The notes: a model not told the origin generated them from the letters alone. A DNA stretch of 57,083 nt, filler included, from Jimgerdemannia flammicorona (GCA_003990765.1; 3 parts of 3 records of this genome joined end to end with filler, not necessarily neighbours in it), one strand, 5' to 3'. Counted from the whole stretch's first letter, positions 22,592 through 38,024 are shown. Translations and numbers: made by a program.

Positions 22592-25500
22592 TCCAGTAAA
22601 GGCATGCCTCCCAGAAGAATGCTATCCCATCTCCACATCACCGGGTCCCATGCCCTCTCCCCCTCATCCCCTTGCCAGCGAATACCAATGTGGTGTGCCC
22701 CCTTGGCTATCCCCCACCAGAAGCCCTTATATCTCAGTTGCGCAGTATTCTGAAGCCCAACTAATGAAAGAAGATCACCAGTCAAGCCTCTAGGAGATGT
22801 CCGCCTCTCCCATATCTTCTACAGCAGAGGGACCCAGCCCCCTCCATGCAACTCCACCACCCTCTTCAGCCACCAAACTCTCAAGCAGTATAGTCTTTTG
22901 GAGAAGTCCACCAGCCCCAGACCACCTCTCACCACCAGTATAGACAAAGTCTCCCAACCAATCTGACTCCGTCTGCCAGCCCAAATCCATCCCTTGGCCA
23001 CCTTCACCAATCTCTTCACTACCCAGGCTGGGAAGTCCAGATGATAGGCCAAATACTACAGCTTCAGCAGCCAGTATACATTCAAAATTGAGATCCTTCC
23101 TGCCAGAGAGAAGTGTCTACCCCCCCAACCCCGCAGGTCCTCCTCCCAAATTCCAATTCTCTGCTCCCACCACAGCCTGGGCAAAACAGACCCATAGACC
23201 GACAAATAGATGCCCAAATACCACACTGCCTCTTCAGTGGGGACAATTGTTCCAATAACTTCTCCGCCCACCAAGCCATTGCCCAGCACCATTGTTTCAC
23301 ACTTGTGCCAATTCAGCTTCACCCCAGAGTTCTCCTCATACCACTCCACTGTCTTTCGGAGCTCCTCGACATCTGCAGTCACTCCCAAACCAACCACCAT
23401 ATTGTCCGCAAAGGCTCCAACCTTCCAGCCAATGCCATAGATAGAGAGCCCCACGATCTTCTGCCGAATACTGTCCATTAGAGGTTCCAAGGAAAGAGCA
23501 TACAAAATGGGGGACAGTGGGTCCCCCTGGGGCACTCCCCTACCCAGAGGGAAAGCCACCCCTTGATGCCCATTGCACATGAGCGCAGCCCTACTCCTTT
23601 CCAGTAGGCTGACCATTGCTGACTGAAATGGGCCCGGAACTCCAATTCTATCTAATACTTTCACCAGTCAGACTCACTATACCCTGTCATAAGCCTTCTC
23701 CTGATCCAAGAAGACAAGATGCCCATCTAGTCCACAGGCTCAAGCACCTTCAATAACTCCATATACCCAGGCTGTGCCATCTCTAATAAGTCGACCCCCT
23801 ATGAAGCCCCTCTACTCAACACCCACAATTTGCTGGGCTACCTTCTGTAGCCTTGTGACCACCACCTTAGTCACCAACTTCCTGTCCATATCTAGTAACA
23901 TTATCGGCCGCCAGTTCTTCCAATCCTCTTGCCTTCCCTTGTTTTTATAAAGCAGTATCACCAGCCCAAGGTCTTGCTCCCCCACCCATCTCTCTGACTG
24001 CAATATAGAGTCACACAGTGCTGTCAACTCCCCCAATATGCCCAGAACTCCAACCATTCACTTCCAGAAATCCCAGGGGAGGCCATCCTCCCCAGGCGCC
24101 GTACCCAAGGCTGTCACAGCAAGAACCTGATGGATCTCATCCTCCTTTACAGGCATCACCAGGTCACTTAGTCCCTCAGCTTGTGGTGGGTGCCAATCTT
24201 CTAATGTTTGGTCAATGGCTGTAGCATCCACCCCACCCTCCTCCTCACTCCACAATCCACTCCATCATGCCTTTAGCGTTTCAAGGATGTCCTGTACACT
24301 ATGCACTAGTACATCATCTGAGCCAAGTACCCCTTCCCACCGCTGCTGTACCCTTTTTGCTCGAAGTGTCCTTGTGAGAAACTTGGAAGGCCTCTCCCCT
24401 TCCTCCAGCCCCTGCCAATGAAGCCATGCCACCAGGCCTTGCACCCTTGACTCTTCCTCTTCCCACAGCACCTGATGTAGTTCCCCAACCTCCATCCTCA
24501 CCCTTGTTATTCTCCAATCCTCTTCTCCCTCTACTGCCACCAGTCTCGCCCACTCCTCTAGGAGCCTAGCCAATCTAGTAGAAGCCCAATGCACTTTCTG
24601 CCTTCACTGCTTCCCAGCCACTCTGCCAGCCTCACTCCAATACATCTTGGCCATCTCTTTCATCCTCATCTACCGAAACCCAATCGCAGCCCCTTCCAGC
24701 TGCCAATTTGTCACCTTCAGCTGAATGTCTTTTGCCCACTCCTCCCACCAGGCCTCATCATCCAACAAGGAGGAATTTAGGTATCAATATCCAGGCCCAT
24801 CTCTACTTCCCCCAAAATACCCCTATCCCAAGAGGCCCCAGTGATCTGACCATGGACACCATTCTACCTCTATTACCTTCCAAACATCTCAGCCCCAATA
24901 GTTGGCTGTCAGAATCCAGTCAATCCTTGTCCCCAGACCTCCAGCCCAATGCGTATATACCCTCTTGTCCCCCCAGTGCTCCCTACCAGCATCCACCAGT
25001 GCTCCTAGCCTTTCAACCTCCTCCCACATCGCTAACCCCCCACTCCTGCTCTCCACACCCCATCCTCCATCAGTTCTATCTAGCCATACATCCTGAACCA
25101 TATTGAAATCTCCTCCAAGCATATCCAACCTAGTTTCAGTAAGGATCCCACTCTCCAGGAGCCCCTTCACCCAATCCACACACTCCCCCCACACAGCAGG
25201 GCAGTAACAGGAGCCAACAGTAACCAGCTCCCAACCTGCACGAATCCACTCCCCCCAGACCAGTCTCTCCCCCCAGCTCCTCACATCCTTTATCTCCCCT
25301 CTGCCTTTCTGAACCAGAATCCTGACCTTGCTGTTCCAAGTTGCCATACCACCCCATTCCTTAGTCCATTCTATCCTATCAGCATCATCCTCGCACCTGA
25401 CATCCTGCAAGAGGAAGAGATCGGCCTCCAATCCCTTCAACCAAATAAAAATGTTCCTGCATCGAACCATGCCCCTCAGCCCATTCACGTTCAAAGAAAA

Positions 25501-27667
25501 AATGTTGGTTGTACTATTCATAGTAAAATACAGTTTGTTCTCAATCAATCCCTACTGCTCCATGCCCCTCTCCTCCTGCACCATGTCCAGATTATGTTCA
25601 GCCATCACCTCCTCCTCTTCAGCCCTCTGAGCCTCCAGTCCAGCCAACAGCTCATTCATCTCCTCATCAGCCTTCTCCTCAAACTCCTCTCGGTACTTGA
25701 TGCAAGCCTCCTGCCAAAGCTGCAACCCATGATGCCTGTTCCAACAGTACTCAGCCTTCTCCCCAGCGACCACCACCAACTCCACCTCCCTCTCCTTATC
25801 CACCTCATACCCTTCCTCCTCCAGATACACCGTGAGAATTTCCACCTTCAGCGCCATCGCCACTCCTTCTCCCTGCAAAATTCTCATCCAGTGCTCATCA
25901 CCTATCCCATGCAAGTCTACCTCCCCCAGCTCTTCTGCTGCCAGGTTATTCATCATCCGGCCCATCCAAAGTAGGTTTCCCACCTCCTTTCCACCAGGGG
26001 TCGCCGGCCTCTCTCCATCCAGCATCGTGGTGTCAGCTCCTGTACTCGCGTCCTTATCCCACACCTCCGGGACATCCACCAGTTCCTCCTCTCCTGCCGC
26101 CACTACTTGGTCTCCATCCAATACCTCCAGAATGCTAAATTTCACCTGCTGGGTCCCCAGCATCATCACGTCCTCCCCAGACTTGTTCCTGGAAGCCGGG
26201 CCATACCTGATAAGAGGGGAAGGGGTGGGGGAATTCTCTCAGACTTCATCCCAAACCTCCAAGATGCTGTCAGCATATAGGTCACTAATCTCCGCCTCCT
26301 TAGCCTTCCCTGACTTTGCCCCATCGTTCCCACTCCTCTCACCAGCCCAGACACTCACTCTGGCCCCTTCTGCACCCATCTTCATGCTCACATCCTTCTG
26401 TGGTCCACCCCCCAGCTTAGCCAGCAGATCCTTCTGCCTCTTCTGCTCCTGAGCCCTTTCCTACTGTACCTTGTCCACTCGAATCCTCTTTCCATCCACT
26501 ATCTCCAGGAGCATCAACTCCTTGAAAGTCTTCCAGGCCTTAGCTCGCTATTCCACAGCCCCATCCAGCTCCTCCAGCACTTCCAATAAATCTTCCTCCT
26601 CTTCTTCACTTCCTTTCACCCACATTACCTTGCACAGGAAAGCTCCCCAGACCAACACCGAAGGCCAGTCCCTCGTCTTCCTGGTAGCCTCTTTCCCAGC
26701 CAGCCGAATCCTCACATCCACATCCCCAGTCCTGAGCGTGGTCCCTTCCCAGACCCTGAATCTGATATCTACCACCTCTCCATACTCCGCCATGACATCC
26801 TCTACTCTCTTCCTCATCTCCATTGCCATCACTGTGGGTACTCCTTTCACCAGCAGTTGGACCACCCTTGGATCCCATTTCAGACACCTTGCCATTGGAA
26901 TACATACCTCCCCAACCACCAACCCAACCTTCAGCACCTCCTCCAGTAGTTCAACCTCCTCAAATCTCACCTCCACCCTCTCCAGTCCCTTTAGAAACTT
27001 CACTGAAGCCACTCCCACCACCTGCTTAGCAATAAGCCCCAACACCATTTTTGCTGTCACCGCTAAGCCCTGGAAGCACAGTATGACTGTGAATGCTGAG
27101 ATCAACTTCTTGAGTAACGGAGCCACTGCCAGTCCCATTACACTATCTGCCAGGTTCCCGGGCCTCATGCCCTTCCCACCGCTCGGCTCACCATCAGCAG
27201 TCCCATCTAGATTTTTTTTCCAGATCACCTATCATACCCCCATCAGCAGTCCCTGCCCCAGCCACTACCCCCCCAGCTTCACTCCTATGGCCCACTAGAG
27301 AGGTACCCTCAAGAGGTTGCTACCTGGAAGCCACCACCGGTACCTTCCCCCCTCTCAGCCAGCTCTCCAGTCCAGCTCCCTGCCGACCTCCCTTCACCTT
27401 CTCTGCAAAGCTCACCCTGCCAGACCCTTGATCTCCAGCTCTGCCCCCTCCTCCACTGCAGCCCCCTGCCAGCAGGCCCCTCATACTTCCCCCCAAGCCA
27501 GGGCCTCTCCCCACTTACTGCCATTCAAATGCTCCAGGGCCACCCTGCCCAGTATACACCTCCAGATACTCTTTGGTCACCATGATACTAGTAGCTTTTC
27601 TCCAGAAACTGTGTCGAAAGTGTTGCCAAAGGGTTGTATAACCTGAATGTTACCAGAGAAAGATATC
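22592..27667 (-). mobile_element. L1/Tx1-type LINE copy 1 (ORF1 ~27590-25552; ORF2 from ATG 25521), interrupted at its 3' side by element B
   Basis: APE endonuclease IFSLNVNGL, LLQD, GGDFN, RIDWI; RT NWRPI, DQEKAYDRV, GVPQGDPLSP, FADN. 5' boundary approximate. Confidence 0.93.
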
Positions 27668-30267
27668 ACTATTCTGCTATACCTGAGACCTCTTTTATCA
27701 ACAAGTTTTTCAAAATCTCAAGAACTATCTGATCCATACTCTAGTTCTACACAATGCAGATCTAAATCTAAAATTTACTATTACTACTGATATATTGAAT
27801 TTCATCATTAGAGTAGTTTTATTACAAGATAATGATAAAGGATATCACTCTATTGTCTTTAAGTTCTATAAGTTATCTCTAGCTAAATAAAAGCTAGCCA
27901 CCTATGAAATAGAGCTACTAGTAATAATATATATACTAGATTACTGATAATGCTATTTAGAAGGTATTGAGTTTATTATCATTACTGATTATTAAACACT
28001 CAAGTATATTAATACCTAATCTACTCTTATCATATCTATAAGTCAAGTAGAGTCTGAAGCTTTGAACTTTCAATCTGATAATTATCTACAAGTCTGACAA
28101 AATACTTATAGTATCAGATATTTTATCCAGATACCCAGATCTTACAAGTTACTTTGGTATCAGAATTTCTAGACCAAATCAGATAAGCTTATAAAGAAGA
28201 TACTATTGCTACTAGAGTTTTCTCAAACAAGCTCAAGAATATATATACTATTAAGGATAATCTGATCTATCATCAAGACAAAGTCTACCTACCTGATAAT
28301 ATAAATCTATATTATAAGATACTATAAAAATACCATAACTCTCTACTTGCTAGTTATCTTAAAATTGAGAAAACTGTTAAAAATATCTAATATCACTACA
28401 ATTGATCAAATATGATCAAAAAAATCAAAAACTATATTACTAGCTATGATCTCTATCAGTATAAGTCTACTAACTAAATATTAACTAGTTTACTATAACT
28501 ACTAAGTAAGTTATAATAGACTTTATAACACAACTATCTAAAACTCAATCTAGTACTAATATTATTATTATATTTATTAACTACCTGACCAAGACTATGA
28601 TTACTGAACTTACTACTACTAATACTACTATATCTGAAATTATAAGAATCTTTTTCAAGTCTATCTTCTATTACTATGATCTACTATAAGTAATTATTAG
28701 TAACTATGATTTTAAGTTCACTAGTTACTTCTGGAAAACTCTCTTCAAGACTCTAAGAATTCAATTAGCTATATCTATCATCTTTCACCTACAAACTGAT
28801 AGCTAAACTAAATATATAAATAGAATCTTAGAGCAAATACTCAAAAACTATATCTCTTATAAGTAAGATAATTAGAATCACTATTTGACTTATATAGAAT
28901 TTATATATAATAATACTATCTAATTATCTACTAGTCTTTCTCTCTTTCAGCTACTCTATGGTCAAGATTCTGAAGTCTAGTCTCTTTTAAGAAAAACAGT
29001 CAAATATAAGTCTCTATCACTAAGAATCTTATAGATAAGATAGATGAACTACTCAAGATTACTACTATAAATCTTCAGAAAGCTCAACAATATCAAGTCA
29101 AATATGCTGACAAGAAGTATCATAATATCATATATATTATTAGAGATCAAGTCTACTATCTACTAAGAATCTTAAGATATAATCTCAAGTCAACTACTTA
29201 TTAAACAAATTTCAATTTAAATATATTAGACCCTTTAAGATTACCAAATAAGTCTCAATATCCTCCTACTATCTCAAGTTATTTAAGACTATGAAGATAT
29301 ATCTAGTCTTTTATATATCATATCTCAAAATCTAAAATCAGTTACTATCCTACTCTGGTTGAATTTCTATTAAGTATAAAGTTGAGAAAATCCTTAACAA
29401 ATAAATCTACTACTACTGTCTTGAATATCTGGTTAAGTAGATGAGCTATTCTGAATATAATACTATCTGAAAACTACTAGTTAATCTCAAGAGCTCTCAA
29501 GACCTAGTCCAAAATCTCAAGATAAAATATATTGTCTAATCTCTATAGTAACTTCTTTGGATTATTGACAATTTATAATAATAACTAGTATCTTATATAT
29601 TTATATATTAAAAATTTACTTTGGAATCCTAGAACTAGCAGAATAGCTAGTAAATAAGAAGTCTACCAAAATGAAGCTATTAGTAAGTTTGAATCTCTCT
29701 CAGTTAGTTAGTCTAGTAATAGGTCCTCTGTCTTATATAAGAATAGCTAGTTCTTACTAATATATCAATATAAGTTTGAGAAATTTTAGTTAAGTATATT
29801 TAGTCTTATATAATCTAAGAACTCAATAAGGATATTAATTCTTAAAGAGAGAGAAAATAATTTCATAATTATATTTTAGTCTTAGTTCTTTTTGTACCTT
29901 TTCTACTAGTCTTTTCTTGTCTTTTTTTAAATATTTTACTATGTACCAGCACCTTTTGAGTATCTAGAAATTTTCTCTTAGTATTAAGATTCATTAGAAC
30001 ATTTTTGTTCTAAATAGTACCAAGTATCTAGTTATAGAACTTTTTGGAATATTATAAAATTCTATTAGTCATCTTTGCTAAGAAGCCATTTCTTGACCAT
30101 TCTCTTCTTTTCCAAAATTCTTTCAGATCTTTCCTTCAGATCTTATATAAATATTCTTATTCTCTGCTTAAATAAAGCTTAAAATATTTTCTCTCAAAAT
30201 TTTTTCAAGAATATTTAAACTTACAAGTATCTCTTTGAGCTACTTTAGGCCTACTAGAACTATTATA
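27668..30267 (+). mobile_element. Heavily decayed chromovirus-type Ty3/Gypsy 3' half with LTR (element C)
   Basis: Relic RNase H (FTITTD...VLLQD ~27770), integrase (FHLQTD ~28785), chromodomain-like YKVEKIL...EYLVK (~29375-29440), purine tract ~29848-29858, then an LTR like 1-338. Boundaries approximate. Confidence 0.8.
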
Positions 30268-30269
30268 CT

Positions 30270-30476
30270 CTCAGTAAGATATAGAGATATATAAGTTCAA
30301 AGATATATATCTATCTATAGACTACTAGTTCTTTACTTTGAACTATTTTAATCTAAGATTTATTTACTCTAAATATTGTAATTATTTATACAGATTTATT
30401 AGCTAAATTATATATCTTCAAAACTGCTTTTATAATCTTCTTTAGACTTTACAAATTTCTAGTCTTAGTATTTAGT

Positions 30477-30478
<2 letters not shown>
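30270..30478 (+). pseudogene. Decayed Ty3 RT fragment (element D, left part)
   Basis: Relic IDY and KTAF...YKFLV.VFS; continues at 36381. Confidence 0.6.
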
Positions 30479-30549
<71 letters not shown>

Positions 30550-33500
30550 GTTACTTGGACTTTACTATTTATTATCAATCTATTAATAAGTATACAGTAT
30601 CTCCTCTTCTACCCAATTCCCATAGAGGAACCTCTCTCTATATTATTATAAATAAAGACTACCTTCTTACTCACTACTCCAACTCTCACCCCACTCTGCT
30701 TACAGATCTTCTCTACTAAGCAATGCTTTCAACTACCCTGCAGCCCCCAACCAAGCCACTAGCCTGTTAAGGTGTCTTCCATAAGACCATGCCAATATAA
30801 TAACCTGTCACTCAAGCCAAGTCACCTCCTATCTTTAAAAACAAATAGTCAGTAACTGATCAATCTCATCCAAATCGCCAAAACCCAGCCTAAGGTTAGC
30901 TACTCCTTTCCTATCTCTCTCACCAGTTCATCCCTCAGATCTTCCCACTGACCCTGTGTGCCATCTCCCCAATACACTACCCCCAAGCAAACTCCAATAG
31001 CCTACCAGAAGTTATGAAGTATCTTGTACTCTCTTAGCCAATATTCAGATATCTGTACATACCCCCCTTTCTGCCCTACATTATGACACTCTTCACAGTT
31101 AAAGCAACCCCTCTTGATAAGGTGACCTGAGCAGAAATTGAGCATTACATTCCTCCTCAGTATGTATCACCAGACCACCCAGTACTTTGGCAGTATCCAC
31201 CTTCTCATCTCAGTACTTCAGGCCCATACACTATGTCAGTTCCACTCTTCTTTGATACCAATACTCTGTCATCTGCTAGGCCACAGATCCTGGCCTTGTC
31301 CCCTTTGGCAGTCTATTCTATTGCCAATATCAAACTCAACTAAGGGAATACCCTCCAACAATACTTGATCCCATCTCTATATCACTAGGGCCCAAGCCAT
31401 CTCTTCTTCATTACTCTGCTAATAAATTCCAATATAGTGTGCTCCCTCTGCTACTCCCCACCAGAAGCCTTTATATTGCAATTGTACAGTCTTCTGAAGC
31501 CCAACCAATGATAGGAGATCACCCATCGAGCCTCTTAGTGAAGACCTTATCTCTCAGACCTTCTGTAATAGGGAAACTCAACCACTCCCTCACAATTCCA
31601 CTGCTCTCTTCAACCACCATGCTCTCAAGCAATATAGCTGCTTCGGAAAGTTGACTAGTCTAAGCCCTCCTCTTACCACTAGTAAGGATAAGACCTCCCA
31701 ACTGATCTGACTTCTTCTTCCCACCCAGATCCACTCCTTGGCCAGCTTCAATAATCATTTCACTACCCAGACTGGGAATTTCAGATGATAAGCCAGATAC
31801 TATAACTTCAGCAGCCAATAGACATTCAAAATTGAGACACATCCTGCTAAAGATAGATAGTGACCCCCCCAGCTCTGTAGGGCCTCCCCCCAGATTCCAA
31901 CCCTCTGTTTCTACCAAAGTCAGAGTAGTACTGATCCATATACTGACAAATAAATACCTAGGTACTACACTATCTTATTAGTAGGGATAATTGTTCTGAT
32001 AACATCCCCTCCTACCAGACTATTATTCAACACTATTGTTTCACACTTGTGCCAATTGAGTTTAGCTCCAGAGTTCTCCTCATATCACTCCACTATCTTC
32101 TTGAGCTCCTCAACATCAACAATAGACCCCAGACCAATCACTATATTATCTGCAAAGATCCCAACTTTCCATCCAATTCTAAAGATGGAGAGCCACACTA
32201 TCTTCTATCTGATTCTGTCCATTAGGGGCTTCAGAGAAAGAGCATATAGGATGGGGGACAGTAGGTCCCCCTGGAGAACTCCCCTACCCAGGGAAAATGA
32301 TACTTCTCTATATCTATTATATATGAGTACAGCCCTACTCCTTTCCAGTAGAATGATCATTGCTGACTGGAACTGGTACAGTACTCCAGTCCTATCTAAT
32401 ACTTTTGTCAGCCAGACTTACCACACCCAGTCATAAGTCTTCTCTTGGTCTAAAAAGACCAATTGTCCATCTAGTCCACAGGCTTGTACCCCTTTAATAA
32501 CTCTATATACCCAAGCTGTACCATCTCTAATGAGTCTACCTCTTACTGCTCAATATCCAAGACTTGCTGGGCCACCTTCTGTAGTCTTGTGACTACTACC
32601 TTAGTTACCAACTTTCTGTCCATATCCAGCAGTATAATCAGCCACCAGTTCTTCCAGTCCTCTCACCTTCCTTTGTTCTTATAAAGCAGTATCACTAGCC
32701 CCAGATCCTGTTCCCCCACCTATCTCTCTGTCTGTAATATAAAGTCATACAATGTCATCATCTCACCCAGAACTCTCAGGACTTCTACCATCTTCTTCCA
32801 AAGTCTTAGGGCAGACCATCTTCTCCAGGTGCTGTATCTGAGGTTGTTGTAGCAAGAACCTAGTAGATCTCTTCCTCTTGTACTGATAACACCAAGTCAC
32901 TCAGTCCATCTACTTGAGGAGGGTATCAATCCTCCAATGTCTGATCAATGGCATCAACATCTGCCCCACCCTCCTCCTCACTCCACAATCCACTCCATCA
33001 CTCTTTTAAAGAACTAAGAATATCTTATATACTATGCACCAGTATACTATCAGAGTCCACCACCCCCTCCTACCTTTGCTTTATTCTTCTCACCTGAAGG
33101 GCTCTCATGAGATACTTAGAGGGCCTCTCTCCTTTCTCCAATCCCTGTCAGCAAAGCTATGCTGCCAAGCTCTGTACTCTAGCCTCTTTCTCATCCTATA
33201 GTACCTTTTATAATTCTCCAACCTCCAATTTTACTCTCATCAATCTCTAATCCTCTCTCCCCTCCACTATCATTGCTAGCTCTGCCCAATCCTCCAAGAG
33301 TCTGGTCAGTCTAGCAGAAGCCCATCTCACCTATCACCTCCTCTGCTTCCCAGCCTCTCTGCCAGCCTCACTCTAGTAGACCCTGGCCATCACTTTTATC
33401 CTCATCTACCTAACATCAACTGGGACACCTTCCTGCCTTCAGCTCTCTGCCCTCAGTTGAATGTCTTCTACCCACACATTCTACCTGATCCTATCATCTA

Positions 33501-36380
33501 ATAATGAGGAATTGAGACACTAATGTCCAGGTCCATCCCCACTTCCCCCAAAATATCCTTGCCCTAACAACCCCTAATGATCTGACCAAGGACACCATTC
33601 CACCTCCAGTGACTTCCAAACATCTAAGCCCTAGTAGCTGGCTGTCAATATTCAGTCAATCCTCATTCCCAGAACCCCTGCCCAGTATATATATGTATAC
33701 CCTCCTATCTCCCCAATACTCTCTACCAGTATCTACCAGAGCACTTAGCCTTTCTACATCCTCTCATACTACCAACTCTCCACTCCTACTCTCAGCTCCC
33801 CTACCACTATCTGTTCTATTTACTAATATATCCCAAACCATATTGAAGTCTCTACCAAGCACATCCACCCCAGCCTCTGCAAGGACTCCACTCTTCTAGA
33901 GATCTGTCACCCAATCCACATGCTCACTCCATACAGCAGGGCAGTAACAGGAGCCCATGGTAACTAGCTCTCAATCTGTATATATCTACTCTCTCCAGAC
34001 CAATCTATCTCCCCAGCTCCTCACATTCTGTATCTCCCCTCAGCCCTTTCAGACCAGAATCCCAACCTTGTCCTTTTAAACTGTCTTACCTCCCCATTCC
34101 TTCATCCATTCCAGCCTATTCAAATCATCCTCACACCTAACATCTTACAAGAGAAAGAGATTGGCCTCCAATCCCTTCAGCCAAGTAAAAATATTCCTAT
34201 ATCAAGAAGTGTCCCATAACTTATTTATGTTCAAAGAAAAAATATTGGTTATACTATTTATAGTAAAATATGGTATATTATCTAGTCTATTCCTACTGCT
34301 CCATATTTATCTCTTCCTGTACCAGGTCCAGATTATATTCTACAGTCACTGTCTCCTCTTCAGCCCTCTGAGCCTCTAGTCCAGCCAATAGCTCATTCAT
34401 CTCCCCATCTGCCTTCTCCTCAAACTCCTCATTGTACTCCAAGTAGGCCTCCTGCCAGAGCTGCAATCTATGACATTTGTCCCAGCAGTATTTAGCTCTC
34501 TCACCAGCAACCTCTGCCAGTTTCACCTCCTGCTCCTTATCTACCTCATACTCTTCCTCCTCTAGATATACCATAAGGATTTCCACCTTTAATACCAACT
34601 CCACACCATCCCCCTACAGTATCCATACCCAATACTCATTGCTTATTACTCTCAAGTCCACCTCCCCTAACTCCTTAGCTACTAGATTATTCATCATTCT
34701 GCACATCCAAAGTAGGTTTCCCACCTCCTTTCCCCCAGGAGTTGCTGGTCTCTCTCCATCCAACATTGTGGTGTCAGCCCCAGTACTCACAGACTCATCC
34801 CACACTTCTGGGATATCCACCAGTTCCTCCTCTCCAACCACTACTACTCATCCCCCATTCACCATCTCAGGAACTCCAAATTGTACTTGCTGAACCTCTC
34901 TCATTGGCACATTCTCTACCATCTTGCTTTGGGAAGCCAGACCTTGCCTGATAAGAGAAGTAGGGGTAGGTGATCTCTCCCATTCCTCCTCTCAGATCTC
35001 AAATATACCATCAGCATATGGGTCATCACCAGTCACTTTTCTGTTCTCTCCTGCCACCTTCCCTGCACTCCCTCCAACCTTGCCAGCCCAGACACTTGCT
35101 TTGGCACCCCCCACCTCTACCATTCCACTCACATCCTTCTGAGATCTGTCTTCTAGCTTAGCCAGCAGCTCTTTCTGATGCTTACATCCCTGAGTTCTTT
35201 TCTACTATCTCTTGTCTACTCTAATCTACTTCCCATCTACTACCTCTAAGTATGTCAACTCTACAAAAGTCTTCTAAGCCTTTGTCCACTGCTCCACCAC
35301 ACCACTCAGCTCTTTCAGTATTTCTAATAAATCCTCCTCCTCCTCCTCCTCACTCCCCTTCACCCTCATCATCTTGTACAAGATTGCCCCCCAGACTATT
35401 ACTGAAGGCCAGTCCCTTGCCTTCTCAGTAGCTTCCTTCCCTGCTAGTCAAATCTATATGTCAATATTCCTAGTCCTGAGTGAGGTCCCTTCCCAGACTC
35501 TGAAGTCTATATCCACTACCTCACTATACTCTGCTATGACCTCCTCAACTCTCCTTCTCATCTCTACTGTTATCACTATAGGCACTCCTTTTACCAGCAG
35601 TTGTACCACCCTGGGATCCTATCTCAGGCAGTACACCATAGAGACACACACCTCTCCAATAGTCAGACCAACCTTCATTGTCTCCTCTAAAGGCTCTGCC
35701 TCCTCAAAGCCCACCTCCACTCTCTCTAATCCCTTCAAAAACTTTACCAATGTCACTCTAGCCACCTGCTTAGCAATAAGCCCCAGCACTATTTTCACTA
35801 TCACTGCTAGGCCCCAGAAGCACAGTGTAACTGCAAATACTAAGATCAATTTTTTGAGTAATAGGGCCACTGTTAGGCCCATCATACCATCTACCAAGTC
35901 CTCCTGCCCTCTAAGCTCTTGTCACTCAACCACTCTATCAGTAGTCACATCTGGATTTTTTTTCTAAATTGGCAGCCCAGCTACTACTCCTCCAGCTCTA
36001 CTGCTCTTACTACTAGGAGCTACTCCCCTGTGAGTTACTGTCTTCTCTATCTCCTTGTCTTTCCTCAGCCATCCCTTCAACCCAGATATCTGTCTTCTCC
36101 CCTTCACTATCTCTGTAAAGCTCATCCTCCCAGACCCCTGTCCTCTATCACTACCTCCTCTCCCTTCTTGTCCTCCCACCAGCAGCCCCCTCATACCTCT
36201 CCCCAGGCCAGGACCTCTCTCTACCTACTGCCAGTCAAATGTGCTAGGACTGCCCTGCCCAGTATATGCCCCAGATTTCTTGTTGTTTGCCATTGCCTTA
36301 GTACCTTTCTCTAATAAACAATATGAAAGTATATTGTAAAAGTATATATAATGTGAATTATAGTAGAGAAAGGTCTGATA
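30479..36380 (-). mobile_element. Full-length decayed L1/Tx1-type LINE copy 2 with poly(A) tail and 14-bp TSD
   Basis: Poly-T at 30480-30546. TTAGTATTTAGTCT at 30465-30478 and 36381-36394. Colinear with LINE copy 1. Confidence 0.9.
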
Positions 36381-36800
36381 TTAGTATTTAGTCTTATTAA
36401 TATATCTATAATATTCTAGATCCTTATAAATAAGATATTTAAGAACTAGCTTTTTATTTTCTTATTAGTATATCTTAATGATATTCTAATCTTAGTATAC
36501 TAAAGAAGAATATCCCAAATATATTTATCTTATTTTGAAAATCCTATGAGAATATAAGTTATATATCAAACTTAAGAAATATGAATTTTTTAAGAAATAA
36601 GTCAAATATCTTAACTACATTATCTTTGCTCAAGAAATCTAGATAGATCTATATAAGATAAAGATAATTTAAGAATAGTCTAAGTAGTGAATCTTATAGA
36701 ACTCAGATTTTTTCTTAACTTAGCTAGCTATTACTACTACTCTATCAGAAACTCTCTGAAATTACTAAGTCTCTTATGAACTTAATAAGAAGATAACTAT
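36381..36800 (+). pseudogene. Decayed Ty3 RT fragment (element D, right part)
   Basis: Relic ...INKIFKN..., LVYLNDILI (YLDD box), KLYIKLKKYEFF, VKYLNYII. Confidence 0.7.
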
Positions 36801-36839
36801 ATAGATATCATTATACATATCAGAAATCACATACTCACT

Positions 36840-38003
36840 TTTTTTCTACTATCTTATCAGTTATAATAATTTAGTAGACAACCTTCTGAGTCTACTTTCT
36901 CCAATTAATACCCCCTCTACCTTGAGTTGGTTTACTATATCTATTATAGAGTAGTGGGAGAGAGACAATAGTAATGAGTTGTCCTTTTATTAATATCTGA
37001 TTGGTATCTTCTCTACTTTTTTGCAGTTTCTAGTAACTTCAGCTATATCTGAAATATACTAATTTTGGTATAGTATCTTCTTCCTTTTGCCATTATCAAT
37101 AAGATATTATCTTGGTATATCATAGATTATATAGAGAGTTGGCCAACCTTGGACATCAAGTGCCCAGTATAGGTTATCTATAGGTTCTTGGTACCTATGG
37201 TGGGGCCCTCTGACTTTGGTGAGCTTCCTAGCAAGCATGGTTCTGATATAAGTGATTGTTTTCTGGGTATTATCAAGATGAGAGAGGAGATGATCATCAC
37301 AGATAGGAGAAAGGGTAATAACAGTGAACTGGTAGGATACTAGACTGGGGGTAGTTATCGGAGCTGGAATGGGTATTGCTTTAGTGGGGCCTTTTAATTG
37401 GTACAGAGTGGTTAGATGATAGGTATTACTCTTAGCTTCTTTTGGCAATTTATGGGATTGGGTCCCAGTTATTGAAGGAGGTCAGAGGGCCCAAGGCTAC
37501 CCATTTTAGATATCTTGGCTATACTTAACTAGAACCAAAAGCTAATATAGTAATGTAATTGAGGCTTATAGACTTGAGTAGTGAGATATTGAGAGTCTCC
37601 TTCCACCTTATATATAAGTTCTTTACTTACTTCATCTGAGAGAACTAGGCCCTATTCACTATAATGTACTTTGATGAGAGTTTTTTCTTTATCTGGCATT
37701 CTCCTTAGAGTGGCAGAGACTATTCTATTTGGCTCAGATATAGTCTTGTACATATATTGGAGTTTTGGGTATATGCTTTCAGTCATTAGCATATGGCTGA
37801 GTTTGCTCTAGTGGTAGGGAGAGTATGGTATACAGAATGAGGTATGGGCTACTATAGGTTCTACTACATCTGATATGGTCAAACTACTAGACAATAGCTA
37901 GCCTAGGTTAATAGGAGAATAGTGCTTAATAGGTAGTGGGAAAGGGTTTTGGCCTATATAGTCTAGGTTCTCTTCTAATAAAAATCTGTGGAACTCTAAG
38001 TCT
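36840..38003 (-). repeat. Unclassified ~1.1-kb repeat, inverted relative to 38125-39235
   Basis: Reverse-complement similarity along its length; relic ORF MPKEAKSNTYHLTTL... present in both copies. Confidence 0.8.
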
Positions 38004-38024
38004 GTAAAACAAACCAAAAAAAAA

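Noticed and set aside
25519..25554. LINE ORF1 and ORF2 in frame across a single TAG, suggesting readthrough
   Set aside because: The spacer is 30 nt in copy 1 but 31 nt with stops in copy 2, so the frame is not conserved.
25594..27646. Long Ser/Thr/Pro-rich plus-strand ORFs (also ~34477-36339 and ~40054-40695)
   Set aside because: Antisense shadows of the purine-rich LINE ORF1.
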